Notes: generated by a model not told the origin, from the letters alone. A DNA stretch of 59,907 nucleotides, filler included, from Circinaria calcarea (GCA_051942165.1; 9 parts of 9 records of this genome joined end to end with filler, not necessarily neighbours in it); one strand, 5' to 3'. Counted from the whole stretch's first letter, positions 13,265 through 26,607 are shown. Numbers and translations: made by a program.

Positions 13265-13364
13265 NNNNNNNNNNNNNNNNNNNNNNNNNNNNNNNNNNNN
13301 NNNNNNNNTTAATTAATTAANNNNNNNNNNNNNNNNNNNNNNNNNNNNNNNNNNNNNNNNNNNN
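13265..13364. other. Artificial contig spacer
   Basis: N44-TTAATTAATTAA-N44. Confidence 0.99.
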
Positions 13365-13708
13365 GAAGAAGGCGCAGTGAGGGGGCGGGGAGGGGGCTCA
13401 TGCATGGTTCATAGAGTGAGTTTTGAATTCCGTGAATGCATTGTATCTACAGGCAGGGGCTCTCGGAACAGGGTGCAACGAATCAAGATATCATTAATAT
13501 CCCGAGATTCAGCGGGATTGAAGAGAGAAGTCCAAGTATATACAAACTAGAAACCCCCCCCCCCAAACAATTCATGGGTTCTTGTTACCCGAATGGGAGA
13601 AAAACTCCCTGCCGCCTGATTGATTATTCCTTTCGTCTCGTCTTCCCACCTTGAACACCTTGCTTAACACCTTACTTGACACGTTTCTCGCCAATCACCC
13701 GCGCCACC

Positions 13709-13750
13709 CTCTTTCTCTCTCTCTCTCTTCCTCTCTTTCTCTCTCTCTCT
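13709..13750 (+). repeat. (CT)n microsatellite / pyrimidine tract
   Basis: ctttctctctctctctcttcctctctttctctctctctct. Confidence 0.8.
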
Positions 13751-14117
13751 GTTTTTATTTCCCCGGCTCGGGAAACCTGATACCGGCCGTGTGAGCAAGA
13801 CGTCAGCGGACGGTAGGATTGTAAACGAAACGTGTAGTTCTCGATTGCTGGCTTTGAGCGATAGGATGGGGATGAGATGGGATGGGTATTGCGAATTTAA
13901 ATGGGGGCTGGCTGGGGTCGGGTAGGTTCATGGTGATTGGTGATGGAGGGGGGGCCAATAGTGTGCGAATACTTCCAGTAGGGCAATTCGTTTGTATCTG
14001 CCCAGTGTTGTCAAAATGACCCTTTACCGATGCCTTGCCCCCAACACCTCGCTATGCAAACCCTGAATATCCCGCTTAACAGACATTTCTCAACGCCCCC
14101 TCTCCGAACCCAATATG

Positions 14118-15147
14118 CTACTCATCCATCTGCCATGCATAATCCAACTCCTTTAGATTCCTTTTCCGGTTCCCGGCTTTGAAGTACTCCCGCTCAAACC
14201 CGTTGCCCCGATCCACGCCGTCCCACCTGTACCCGGGACGGATCCCGTACCGATTCGGCATCGCCGCTCCCGTGTAGAGCGGTTTCCCACTCACGCTCTT
14301 CCCGCCCTCTTTCTTTTTCAAGAAAGCTGCTGCCGGATCATCCCATCGCTGTCTCTCCTTCAACTCGTCGTTGAGATCCGCGTCATCGGCGTAGCGTGCC
14401 ACCGGGAGGAATTTTGCCTCTGCGAGCTCTGCTTTTCGAGCCTCGCGCGCCGCGAGCTGCACATCTCCCTTTTGGGCTTCCAGCTCCGCAGCCTCCTTGG
14501 CCGCAGCTTCCTCGGCTGCTTTGCGGGCTTCGGCGCGTTTCATACCCACGTTTATGATGCGGCCGGAAGCGTCGCGGTAGATTGTTTCTTTGCCTCTTCC
14601 GCTGTGGGAGTCCGAATCCATGAGGAAACGCTGTCGTTCTGCGTCTTGGGCGCGCCGGAGCTGGGCGGTTACTTGAGAGGCGGATTGCAGGCCGGCGTGC
14701 GCGCCGGATTCCATCTTGGTGATGGGGATGGGGGGGTTGGAGATGGCGGGGGCATCTTCATCTTCGAGGGCGAGGGCGGCAGATTCGGCGGCTGCCGAGG
14801 CGATGATGGCGTCTGCGGTGTCAGCGTCTGAGGGGGTGGTGGTGGAAACGGGAGCGCCGGTGAGGGTTCGCCAGTTGTTGGATTTGGATTTACGGAAGGA
14901 GGCGCTGTTGGTAGAGACTGAAGGCTGTTCTTAGTAGTAGCTCTACCATGGAGAATAAGAAAATGGTACCTGTCAATGGTCCATCGTCTTCGTCTTTGGA
15001 TGCCCCATTGGGATCCCAGCCGAGAGAGTCGTCATCTGCTATGATGAGACCATCGGACGCTTCTTTCCGCTTGCGTTTCTTTGACTTCTTTTCCGCTTTC
15101 GAATCAGCTGTGAGGTAGTTCTTGGCTAGGTAATCGGCCAAGGACAT
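14118..15147 (-). CDS. BUD13: Pre-mRNA splicing factor BUD13/CWC26 (RES complex), 1 intron (~14969-14920)
   Basis: MSLADYLAKNYL N-terminus, ETIYRDASGRII, ERQRWDDPAA, and the C-terminal PNRYGIRPGYRWDGVDRGNGFE Bud13 signature. Confidence 0.95.
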
Positions 15148-15310
15148 GGTCACAAACTGCGGTGGAGTTGCTTGACATTTCGGAATCGACGAGAGCTTCA
15201 AAACGGTGGATGATGTGCCGGCCCGAAAAGCGCTACCATAGAATAGGCTAGTTTAGGTGGTATAAACCGTGCGCTTTTCAGTTTTCACAGCAGGTGAATG
15301 AACCTATTCC

Positions 15311-15910
15311 ATGGCACGCTCCGACGAAGCTGAATGGTGGTTTAACGCTGTCTACGAGGCTGTGCAAGAGATCCCGGCAGGTAGAGTCACGAGCTACGGG
15401 CACATTGCTCGCCTCCTAGGCAGGCGTAAGTCCTACATGTTTGGGAAATGGTACTCCATATCAGCTGATATGATATTATGAGAGCAGCTCAATGTCCTAG
15501 GTCCGTGCTTCGAATTTCTGCAGACCCTATCTATTTGTCTCTACTGAACGCCATATGTAGGCAAGTAGGTATATGTTTGAAGCACCTACCGCAGTACTCC
15601 CCATCCACTGATCATCACTTTCATGGGGATAATGTTCCCTGGCAAAGGGTGGTTAATGCCAAAGGAATCATCTCGCCAAGGTTACAACGCTGTCCTTTTC
15701 TTCTCCGAGAGCTTTTACACTGATCTAGTAGACAGGGGTCCTGGCGGTGCTGCACGGCAAGCAACCGCTTTGCGTCAAGAGGGCGTCACTGTTGGTAGAG
15801 GCCAACTGGGGGAACTGACGGTGGATCTCGGTGTCTTTGGATGGTTTCCAAATTGTCTCCCTAGCGAGGAAGGTGATGCCAGCGGCTCTGAGTCAGAGGG
15901 AGAAGGGTAG
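15311..15910 (+). CDS. ATL1: Alkyltransferase-like protein (MGMT/ATL family); exons 15311-15425, 15488-15500, 15561-15680, 15736-15910
   Basis: The spliced product reads MARSDEAEWWFNAVYEAVQEIPAGRVTSYGHIARLLGRPQCPRQVG...VPWQRVVNAKGIISPRGPGGAARQATALRQEGV. Trp replaces the acceptor Cys of the PCHRV motif. Confidence 0.88.
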
Positions 15911-17335
15911 CAAAGACCCAATGACCCAACTTCCCTTACCCAAGTGTCTCTCACGCATTTGCTCGGTCTTTTCGGGGCCACTAAGGGATAAAGAGTCTTC
16001 GGGCTGCATCTGGCAGTCGTTCCGATACTTATACGGCCAAGCCCGCCATCTTAGGAAAACCGCTCCTTCGATATGGGTGAGCATGGCGACCGTCTCGATA
16101 ATTGATTATCATGAGACTTTGTCGCGCTGCAGCAATGAGAGTTGCAAGTGAACCTACATCATAAGAATGAGGAACCACCAACTTTAGGATGAATCGGGTC
16201 TGAAGGCTTTGTCCTGAAAACAATCCGAGGGGTGGTGAGGTCCTGTTTGGTGCTTTATCTGAGAACTGTCTCCGTTGCAACCTTTTGTTTCGAACGTATG
16301 GCTATGCCAAGGCAATAAGGATAACGGAAATGAAAAGGCGCGAGTGGTTATAGATCAACAAGCAGTCGTATACACATCAAGACCTTCCACAGGGATGATT
16401 GGTACAACTTAGGTGAAGGGCGGTAAATTCGTGGAGTTACCATTCTATGAAGCTGTTGCAAAGGCCAGCCTCCTCTTCCGAGAGCTTCCTAGCTGTAGCA
16501 CAATACCCTCGCATATAATAAAAGATTGCATGGGTATCGAGAAGTTCTGTAGGGAGGAAGAGGAAACATCGCATGTCTAGAATACAGAGAGATCCCTTGA
16601 TGGCCCCGGGGTTCCGCAGTATGACGCCAGTATCTCGGATCATCCAGGGGGGTTGACAAACATACATCACCGGATAGATAAACGGGGGCCCATGAGCAGA
16701 GACAGCGTGCGCAAATCAGGACTACATGTACCGACCACTCGACTTCCCAATGCGCTCAGATGATACCCGATGCCACTCTTACAGGAACGTGGCTGGATTC
16801 CTTATCACCGCCCAGTCACACCCACTTCCCGCCCTATGCTACAAGCGGCGTATCACCGCAGTCATCGCCTTCACGCTTTCCGATCAGGAGCGACCGGGAG
16901 TGACCGAGAGCAACTCATCAGCATAGCTTGACCGCCCGCGTTCGGGGTCGACGGTATCATTTCCCTCTTCTCTCACTTCGCTTCCTAATCCAGATTTCCT
17001 TCTGCCTTTTGCCTTGGAAGCTTCGCGTCAGTTCCTACTCATGTTGGCTGTGTCACCTCCCGCTTGGTACTCGTGACTCAGACGCCTAACAGGACAACAA
17101 AAAGACTCCGCCCTTTGTCCTTCCTATCATCCCTACATTGTCACACAACCTCCAAACCACGTCTCCCATCTGCCCCTACTTTCATCAACCTGATAAGCTT
17201 CTCGTCGCGCCCACTCACTTCCCTCCACCAAAGGTGCTTGCGCACTGCAAGCATCACTTCCTCTTCCTCTTCACTACCATCTCCTTCTCTGCAGTTTCAT
17301 CTCCATACACTCAACCTAAGCAAATAATACCTCAC

Positions 17336-17911
17336 ATGGCTTCAAGTGCAATGTTTGCACTCAGCAGCTTGGATGGTGCTGCCGAAGACTTCAAGATCGA
17401 CCAAGACTACAAGCGCGATGCCGACCACAGGCATAAATGGGCACTGGGGTCATGGGAGACAAATACCCATTCCGACTACTCAAAGACCATCCCTGTTATG
17501 CCCCTAACGTCAAAGTGAGTGGGGAAACTGGAATTAGTTGTCGGGCCTGATGCTCACATGATTGGGGTCTTCAGGGTCAAAACCGCCATCCGACGACAAC
17601 AGCGCTATCCACGAAAACCCGTGTCTCGTACCCAACCCGACAACAGTACTTCTGATTCTTCTGCGGCCGAAGACGTCCAAGAGGCTTCTGCCGCTCCCGA
17701 ACCTGATGCTGGCATCACCTACTCGTTCGACGCTCCACGTGGTCCCAAGCAAGGAAGCGAGATTTTGAGTCTAGCTATCAACAAGGCCGTCGAGCGATTT
17801 GAAACCAAAGTGACAGAGAAGCTAGTCAAGGACGAATACGAGGTCGTCGGCAAGGATGCCGAAGCGGGAAATGAGGGATACATGGCCGACGATGATTTCG
17901 AACTGGTCTGA
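17336..17911 (+). CDS. Small hypothetical protein, 1 intron (17515-17574)
   Basis: GTGAGT donor, GCTCAC branch site and TTCAG acceptor join two ORFs in frame. The C-terminus reads [45 protein letters not shown]. Confidence 0.7.
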
Positions 17912-18779
17912 TCGAGCCTTTCTTGCTGCACAGGATGCCCTGCGGGCTTCCTAGACAAGCTGTACTTAATACCTGTTGGCGGTGTCATTGGGAGTTCATG
18001 GTGTGACCCGGTTCCGGCAGGTTGGATTGACTAGAGTGGTTATTCTGCCTCCAGCAGTATTTACATGTGGCTTTCTGCTTCGACCCGGCGCCACTGGCAT
18101 CAGCATTTTTAGATAGGGGCTAGACCCTCCAGACACTCGTTTTATATATTATATCAGACTCGAATTAGCTGAGCCATTAAGCTTCTAATCCCCATGGTGT
18201 TTATCTTTACGGTGAATTTTCAACTGACACTCTGTATGAGTTTGGGTTCATTCAACTTTTGATCTTGGTGACTTTGAAAGCGCATCTCCTCTAGCGAGAG
18301 AGGTCCAGTCTACAGACTCAAGAGTTTGTGCAAGGCGAGAGGATAATACCTTTTGCAGATGTTGGCAGTGGCTCTTGTAGATTATACTGAACAACGGTTG
18401 GGTCGATTGTAATACCTAAGCAAGGAAAGTAAGGAAATATTAGGCACGGAGATGGAAGAGAAGACATTGGGGTTTTGACTACACCGTATACGAGGCTGAC
18501 TTACCGTGTTTCTACGAGCATCCCGAGACAATATAGTGGTACTTGGAGAATACTTTGAATCCCTCGAAGGTGGAGGATACAGTCAAGGGGGCACTGCTCG
18601 GTGCTTGAAGCGGCGATAAGGAGCTTTACCACCGTGCCACTCTAGATTTCGAAAATCCGGGGTCACTAGCGTCGTCTCTTTGTTTACAACCGAACATCCT
18701 GAGATCGTGACTGCGGTTCCTGAGGATAAGATTGGTCTAGTAGCGATTCGTGCTATTCTCTATTTGTTGTCCATTAACC

Positions 18780-19937
18780 ATGGATAAACGTGCAGCTTTT
18801 GCTCCTATGGACTTTGAATATGACAACAAACATGGCGTTGTGGATTCACATTCACCATTCTTCACGAGTACAATGAACAAGCAATCGGGGCAAAGTGGCT
18901 TCCAAGGCCAGGCACGTTAGTACTCTTATGCCCGTGCAAACCTGATACCGACAGGTTCTGGAAGTAATACTAACACATGGACAGAGCGATTATCCTCCTT
19001 TAGCAACCAAACACCCTCAACACCTGTGCGCCAGTCATCCCAATCATCTTTTCTTTCCCAGATACCCTCGTTGAAAACCCCGCAACAGTTCGAAAAGGAA
19101 GCGTTTAGAAACCTGCGGAACAACATAGACATAGATTTCTCCTCCGGTGCCGAAAATATATCATCCCCCGAAAACGCGGATAACGAGGACACACCAGAAC
19201 AGATATCCCGGGCGAGTCCGTCCAAGATCAGCAACAACGTCAATGTATTCAGAGGCAACACCTCTCCAAGCAAAGTATCCTTCTCACACGTCTTTGGCAA
19301 GCATAGTGGCCCAGGACGTGGCGAGATCCCCCGAAAGAATTACAGTGACGCTCTGGCACGGCGAGTACACAAGCGCAAACGACGGGACCTCGAAAGGGAC
19401 AACCGCATTGCACCTCGACGGCCCAGCTATGATTCGGACTCGGAAGAACGATCTCGTCCCGGCAGCAATCAAGGTCCTGGTCGACAGCATTCACCCCGGG
19501 AAATGGGTTTCATCCCCTCCATCCTCAATTTTGTCGATACTCACCCGAACCTACCCCATACGCTTGCATACTACGTCCAGCTTCTGCTCAATGCCTCGAT
19601 TGTATTCTTCGTGCTGTACATGATATACTGCTCTTGGGCGACGATACGGCGGGATGTCGATATGAAGTCCGAGGAGACGACGGCGGAAACGCTGGCCGAG
19701 ATGGCCGTCTGTGCGAGGGAGTTTGTGGAGAATAGATGCGATCGGGATAGTCGAGTGCCGGCCATGGAGACTGTCTGCAACAATTGGGAAATCTGCATGA
19801 AACGAGATCCGCATGCGGTTGGGCGGGCAAGGATTAGCGCGGTCATGTTTGCGGAGATCTTCAACGGCCTCATCGAGCCGATTTCATACAAAGCCATGGT
19901 GGGATATCTCTTGGTTTTTGCGGAACTTCGGAGCTAA
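18780..19937 (+). CDS. BRR6: Nuclear envelope protein BRR6/BRL1 family (3'-partial)
   Basis: N-terminus MDKRAAFAPMDFEY, then a TM helix followed by the four-Cys luminal domain CAREFVENRC...RVPAMETVCNNWEICMKRDP...ARISAVMFAEIFNGLIEPISYKAM. Confidence 0.88.
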
Positions 19938-20037
19938 NNNNNNNNNNNNNNNNNNNNNNNNNNNNNNNNNNNNNNNNNNNNTTAATTAATTAANNNNNNN
20001 NNNNNNNNNNNNNNNNNNNNNNNNNNNNNNNNNNNNN
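19938..20037. other. Artificial contig spacer
   Basis: N44-TTAATTAATTAA-N44. Confidence 0.99.
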
Positions 20038-23000
20038 CCGTATCCCAAGCTAACATCAACACTCTTTCTACTTGCCCCAGTCCTCATGTTTCGGGTACCT
20101 GCGCTTCCGCCAAGACCATAACCAGGCTCGTAACCGAAAGATAGACCTCCGTCGAATCGTCCAGTAAGACGTTCAACATGCCCTGCTGGGACACCAGAGC
20201 CTTTTATGGATGCTCTAGAATCGCTCTGCGACGTCGGTAAACTGGAAGGTGGCGTCCACGGGATATGGAACGACCTTGACGCTTGCTTGGGCACACTTAG
20301 ATACTGAGTTGCATTGAGGTGAGGCCGCCTATGAACCTCCGGTCGGGGCGTCAAAGTATCTGAAGTTGGTTGGCAGTCTAATACAGGACTGTCGGGAGCT
20401 TCCGTCATCTGAGTTTTATTTAAGAGTCTGTTCCCGGCCGATTTTCGCCGCTGTGACCATGCTTGACGGTAAGTATCCCAATCCTGTGTTTGGCCCGAAT
20501 TCGAAAGTTCTGTTGTACCTATGGCTTTGTCGTTCTCTCTTTCCGGTTCCGAAGGCTGGATGAACCCACCCGATCTGTGCGGCGGTGCCAGTGTGTGTGA
20601 TCGTAACGATTTCGATCTCTGTGCTTCTGCCTCCTTCTGTTTCACTTCGTCGGCGGTAGGTAATGCTGGTACGGGCGGAACAAATATGCTTCTTGGCTTC
20701 GGCATCTTTCCAGGAATCCCACCGCGATCGTTGAAAGACCTCCTTAGAATTGATGGAGGCGAAACCAGTTTGGGCGATGGTTCTACAATCATACTTCTCG
20801 GTCTGGCCTTCTTGTGACAAACCCCATCGTAATTGTTAGGGAACTTTTGAGATACAGACGGTGGCAAAGCTGGGAGTGGAGGAATGTCCACGACAAGACT
20901 CCTGGGTCTTGGCCGACCTCCGAGGATCCCATCAGAACGATCCCGAGACGATACTCTAGGTCTCGATAAGCTTCGACTCCTGTGCTGTCCACGTAGCCTA
21001 GTAAGTTCAGCTGCATGGCAATCGTCCATGCCAGCCATACACATTGCTCTTGGGGTTGCTGTAGACATCTGATGAGGATGTGAGAGTATTTCGTTTTCTG
21101 TTAGCTTCCGTGTCTCGTTATGCGTGATTCGTGCGATATCATATGGACTGCCGCCTAGCGACTCGGTGACCGTCCCAAAATCTGCGATGGTTGTCAAGTC
21201 ACAATCACCAGGCTCAGTCTGTCTACTCGACTTTCGTTGGCTCATCGAAGCGAAGATGGATCTCCTTCGAGATGAGCGGTAATTTGAGGTCTTATCATCT
21301 GCATTCTTAGCAGCATAATTCATGTTAACATTAATATGCGAATATGCATCGTCTGGGGCATGAGCAGGAGATGGAAATATTATAGGGATGAACGTCAAAT
21401 CTGGGGTCAGTGCTCCGTCTCTTGAGTCGGTGTTATGTAAAGTTGGAAACGTATGCTCCAATAAAGGGAACTTCTGGAGCCTCTCGGCGTGCTTTGTAGC
21501 AACATCAGATGGCACAGAAGGAATACTTGAACTGTTCAAATCCTGATTTGACTGTACTGTGATGAGCAGTGGTTGAGAAGATCGCCTCAGGCTTTTGAGC
21601 TTCCGTATATCAAAGAAACTCTGTGATGTAGAACTGCACGAAGATGCGATCGTAATAGTCTTTTCGGACGAACTCTGCAAAGAAAAGTCTAACCTAGACG
21701 TATTGCTGTACGATTGTAAATTTTGTAGAGCGTCATTACTCATGTTTGGCTGACGGGGGATTTCGTGAGGCCCAGAAAGACGTCTGGCAGTAAGACCAAT
21801 TGACTTTAAAACTGGCCGTAGCTTTGATCCAGCACGATCAAGAGCTATAACAGGCGCTGTCAAGGTCTGTAAGGATGTGCTGGAACCATAGCCGCTATCT
21901 GCCGTTCTGCTGACTGACATTACGGATCTTATTGTCTCTGGTCCAGAAACATGCTCCGCGTCCGATGTGATCGATGGAGATACAGATCTTGAATTGGTAT
22001 CTAAATTTGAACTCGAGGGACTGGAGCCTTCCAAGAACAAGAGATCACACCTAGAGGATCCTCCAACGGAATGTCTAGTTTCTGCATCGTCGAGAAGTGC
22101 GTCCCACTTTCTGTGACTAGTAGTCAGTGGTGAGGCGAGAGCAGGCTCATCTTGAAGGGCAATCTCTTCGGATACGGTATTCTTAAGAGGAGTTGCTTTG
22201 GTTTCTGGCTTGGCTGCGGGTAAGTCTTCCTTTAAAGCGAAAGGACTGGAAGGGAGCTCCGATATGTAATCTTTGGCTATACCAGCTGCGTGATCGTGTG
22301 ATCTAGAGTGAGGTGCCGATAATGATTTGGATCGCTTCTTTTGACTCTTTGGTTTCGTGAGTGTTTGCTTTAGTGACTCGTCTGACGAGAGGGGGTTGCT
22401 TTTGGGCCGTCTAAACTTGCTTGGAGTAGCTGTTCTCTGGTATTTGACAGAGGCGTTCACAGACAACCTGCTAGGTCTACCGACCTCGTCTTTACGAACG
22501 TTGATAGAATCGTGTTTCTTGGTCAGGTCGGTAGAGTGTCCATTGCCTGAACGTGTGACTGGTATAATCTTCTCGTTCTTACTATAGATTTCCCCTATAG
22601 GCACCTGGGGTTCGTCCTTGCGACCCAGCTCACGAGACGGATTTCGATTCGACGGGGAGTAACTCCCAGGTAGCGGAGACTCGCTTCCATTCGTGATGCG
22701 TAGTGTCCCTAACTTCAATCTTCCCAGATGTGTATAGTCTAGATCTGAAGGCGTAGATGACCTTGGAACTGGTGAGAATCTCCCATTATTCGCCAAATCT
22801 AACGCAGCGAGTCTTGAAAGGGTCGGAGACTCGGGTAGCATGGGATTGAAGTAACAGTCACTTGTCTCCTTTTCTTGACATCGTTGTAATTGCGGTGGTT
22901 TGCGTAATATATCATTCGGCGTGCGTGTCGCAATACCAGGTGTGAGAAGGGATCGCCGTCTAATTGGAGAGCAGACCGAGTCAACGTGCATTTCCTCACT

Positions 23001-23540
23001 AACTGGTGAAGGGGTATGGTTTAGAGCAGCAAGGTTATCGTGAAAGGCCATTTCCCTAATTTGGTTTGCCATATGAGCCGAGTCTTCCAATTCCTGCTGT
23101 ACTTTCTCTGGTTGCGGCGGTCGAGATTGGGAACCATTGAGTTGGGATCGAGATCTCCGCGCAATTGGAAGTTGCGAGGCTATGGTGGTGGATCGAGAAA
23201 GACGGTCTCTAACACCTCGGGCAGCATCCGCCAACCCATTCCCATTTCTCAACTCGCTCTCTTCATCAGACGACTCTTTGCGACCGGACTCGGAACCCGT
23301 GCCAAAGAGATGGGCCCGGATCTTTTGGCGCGAGTCTCGTCGTCTATTATGTTCTACCTCTGAAGTCGTTAAAGGCGTATCGTGCGTATCAGGCTTGCTG
23401 ATGGTGGGTGACTGCTCCACGGTTGAAAATACCTCAAATTCGGTGTAGGAGGGTACCGAGACGAGACTTGTCATTGACGAGTCATAAGTACGAGGTTTTG
23501 AAAGCCGATAGGACCGTCGAGGGTCGAAGGTCGACTGCAT
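20038..23540 (-). CDS. Large Ser/Pro/Arg-rich, largely disordered hypothetical protein (3'-partial)
   Basis: Uninterrupted ORF of about 1170 codons, with ordered-looking islands RRRSLLTPGIATR, LGRLKLGTLRITNG, ADFGTVTESLGGSPYDIA and GRFDGGLSFGYEPGYGLGGSAGTR. First in-frame ATG is at 23540. Confidence 0.8.
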
Positions 23541-24264
23541 TCTGCTGGCAGGAATCTCGGTGACCGATCCGCTCGTCACTGGCCTTGGATAGAGCAAGAT
23601 GATTTCTAGACGATGATGGAGACCCTAAATGCGAATGCTTGACATGGTCATCGACGGATTATCCCAAGATTTATCGCCATGCTTGCACACATGATAATTG
23701 AGAGGAGGTTAACAATCGCGGCCTGATTGGAGATTCGAAGAGAAGCTCAAAACAGCACCTATCAACTGCAAGACACCCATTTCAAGATTGAAATGCAAGC
23801 GGAGACCGTTGAAAATGATATACTCCGTACTCTGTACGAGGGATGAAGAAGAATGAAACTCATGGGGTCATCAAGTATAGTGGGCTGGAGAGCTGGTAGC
23901 TTAGGTAGAGAGAGGTGGTTGGTCGGGAAAACCAAGGTAATAATAGGTAAACAAGGAATTCATAGCGCCACAGTTTGCCAGGGTTACGAATCACAGAGGC
24001 TCCAATCCAGGCGCTAAATCGTACGTTCGTTATCATAAGCGATGAAAGCTGTGGCTGTGCACGCTCATCTAAGCCATTTCAGGTAAAGATTGAACTGCGC
24101 TACAAAACCCCACATGCACGTACCCGGTCGGACCACGCAATCTACGGAAGACGACGTTTTATTTTTTAGAAGCGCGGGGCAATACCTCCGTAATACTACA
24201 ACGAATAGCAAGGTCAAAAGCTGGGAATCATGTACGATCCTCAGAAATGAAACTCCACGGAAAG

Positions 24265-25248
24265 ATGGAGGACGCGCAGATGAGGCGCTCAATATCACAT
24301 CCCCCTTTCATATCAATGTCAGAATTCAGCCATGCCTGCAACGAGCTTGCATCGAGAAGTCGGCGTCTTGCCGGGCAACCCATGATGATCAGCGCTCTAA
24401 AAGAGGTACGTTCGGTAGGACGATCGAACGTCTCCTTTCTATATTTACTTGATAACGGGAACATGGCCAAGAATTCCATGTCGTTTAATTTCAGTCCCAA
24501 ATATTGATGTCCCTGCCTCAAACATGCAGGCCGATTGGCAGTCGGGATAGATGCAATAGTAATACTGATAGGTACCGTTCAGGACGATCGTTCCTACCTT
24601 AGAATAAATCGACGGATAATATTGGATGCACAGCCTGACACGCGTTCAGGGTCGGAGGCAAATGATATTTCAAGTTCTGAAGAGAACACAAGGCATGATA
24701 TAGAGGATGACGATGATGATGAAGAAGTCGGTGAGTGACACGAAACAGAACAACATCCATTTAACGGTAGTAGGCGTCCGTCTATGATCGTCGAGATACA
24801 AACTTGCACACTTTATCTGTAGAATACCATATCTTATTGTCCCCGACATACCGTGTTCCGGTACTTTACTTCTTTCTCTGTGACCAGCCATCCCATATCA
24901 AAACCGGTATAGACATTGTATATGAATACCTTGTACCCAAGCAATCCCACCCCCAAATACAAGCTGTTGGGGGTTTGGGCGCTATAAGCATGACCGTATG
25001 ATTTATATCATGGTTTGTAGGGTAGTTCTAACAACTGATAGAATCATCCCATTACGGACGTACCGTGCTTTGCAATCCATCCTTGCAACACTGCCGAAGC
25101 TTTGGAAGAAGTCATCGGCACTAGGGAAGTGTCTGGTCTGGATTATCTTCAGATATGGATTGGCTTAATAGGAGGCTCTGTTGGTCTGTATCTGCCTAAA
25201 GAGTTGGCAATTGAGTGCAAGGCGCGAAATTTAGAAATACCTGTCTGA
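24265..25248 (+). CDS. ATG10: Autophagy E2-like enzyme ATG10 (about 4 exons)
   Basis: PFISMSEFSHAC N-terminus, VEYHILLSPTYRVPVLYF, GAISMT|NHPITDVPCFAIHPCNTAEAL (catalytic HPC), and YLQIWIGLIGGSVGL. Confidence 0.9.
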
Positions 25249-25391
25249 AATGTAGCCAATTGCACAATCTCACAGGCGTCTCGCAATGTACATCATCCGA
25301 GGGCTGTGTGTTCTTTCAAAACTTGAAATAAAGACTGGTTGCTATCACAGAGGACTGGACGATTTCGAGACGAGTGATAGCTCGATCGCCA

Positions 25392-26100
25392 TCACTCATC
25401 GTCTGAAGAGGCCTCCATGGACACATCGTCATCATCTTCCTCCATCGGTGCTTCTTCGTCGTCGCTTTCATCTTCACGCCTCCTTTTAACGCCCTGAGGG
25501 CCTTCACCATCTTTGTTCGCCCCATTTGTGGCTACCTCGGCTGGCTTGTGTGAAGTGGCCGGGACGGGGTTCGTGGGAATGTTTGAAGATGGCGGCGCAT
25601 TGAAGATGGACTGCTGTAATTCTGTTGACGCAACCGTGTTTACGGCCACGACGGGTGCACGCCATACGCCATCGAGTTTTGTAAAGATATTGGATTTGTC
25701 CTTGGCATATTGGATTTTCTGAATGATCCTTAGCAGGAAATATACTAACCATTGAAAGATCTTACCATTTCTTTCCCAAAAAAGTCAAATCCTTGTAATG
25801 CTCTCATAGCCTGTGTACTCGCTTGAATGTCTCGATACGCAATGTGTGCTTGCCCTCGCATCTTGGATGTTTTCAACGCAACAACATCTAGAACAGGTCC
25901 GTAAGTTGAGAATAACGTGTAGAGTGACAATCGTAGGTCTTCCTTCTGAAGCTTGTCTGGAAGATTTGTAAGATAAAGACTAGGTCATCAATCAGTAATT
26001 GTTCAAGCGTTGATAGCGTAGCTACGCACCTCTGATTTGGAGCTCCTGTCGCAACATTGCTTTTCTGCCCACTATGTATAGGCATTACTCGAGAAGCCAT
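25392..26100 (-). CDS. U2 snRNP B'' / U1A family RRM protein (2 introns)
   Basis: PNQ|SLYLTNLPDKLQKEDLRLSLYTLFSTYGPVLDVVALKTSKMRGQAHIAY...LQGFDFFGKEM|KIQYAK. This is the U1A/U2B'' RRM1 with an acidic tail and no second RRM. Confidence 0.9.
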
Positions 26101-26398
26101 CTCGAGAAACTGTACCCACAGTAACTTAGCTGAGACTAACTTGAGAAGTAGGTGGTATCGACGTTGCTGGCGAGCTACAGTCCAGCAATAAACGAATTCA
26201 CAAGATGTCCAAGCTTTCCTATATTTAAGTTCGCTCCAGTCAGCCCTACCATACAACACAGCCCTATGGGTGACATCTGATAGAAGGCCCCAACTCTTCA
26301 CTTTCGTAAGCTTGCTCATGACAGTCATCTAAGAAGGTCATTGTGTAAAGTTTCAGGCGGTAGTAGAGTGTTGCTCCTATCGCAAAATCCTATCTCCC

Positions 26399-26607
26399 AT
26401 GGCTGCCCCCGAAGTTCACCACCTTTTCCATCACCCAATTGCGGATCACTCATTCTCCGCTGATCGACAGACATTGGCAGTGGCAAGGGATAACAATGTC
26501 GAGCTCTACAGCCGGACCGGTGCTAAGTTTGTACTGAAGGACGAGCTCAAGGGGCATGACAAGACAGTTACGAGTGTAGATATTGCACCGAGTACTGGTC
26601 GTATTGT
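26399..26607 (+). CDS. ARC40: Arp2/3 complex subunit 1 (ARPC1/Arc40/Sop2), WD40; 5' fragment
   Basis: MAAPEVHHLFHHPIADHSFSADRQTLAVARDNNVELY...ELKGHDKTVTSVDIAP. Confidence 0.92.

Noticed and set aside
16726..17327. Short ORFs upstream of the small gene at 17336 as regulatory uORFs
   Set aside because: The transcript start is unknown and no conservation evidence is available from the sequence alone.
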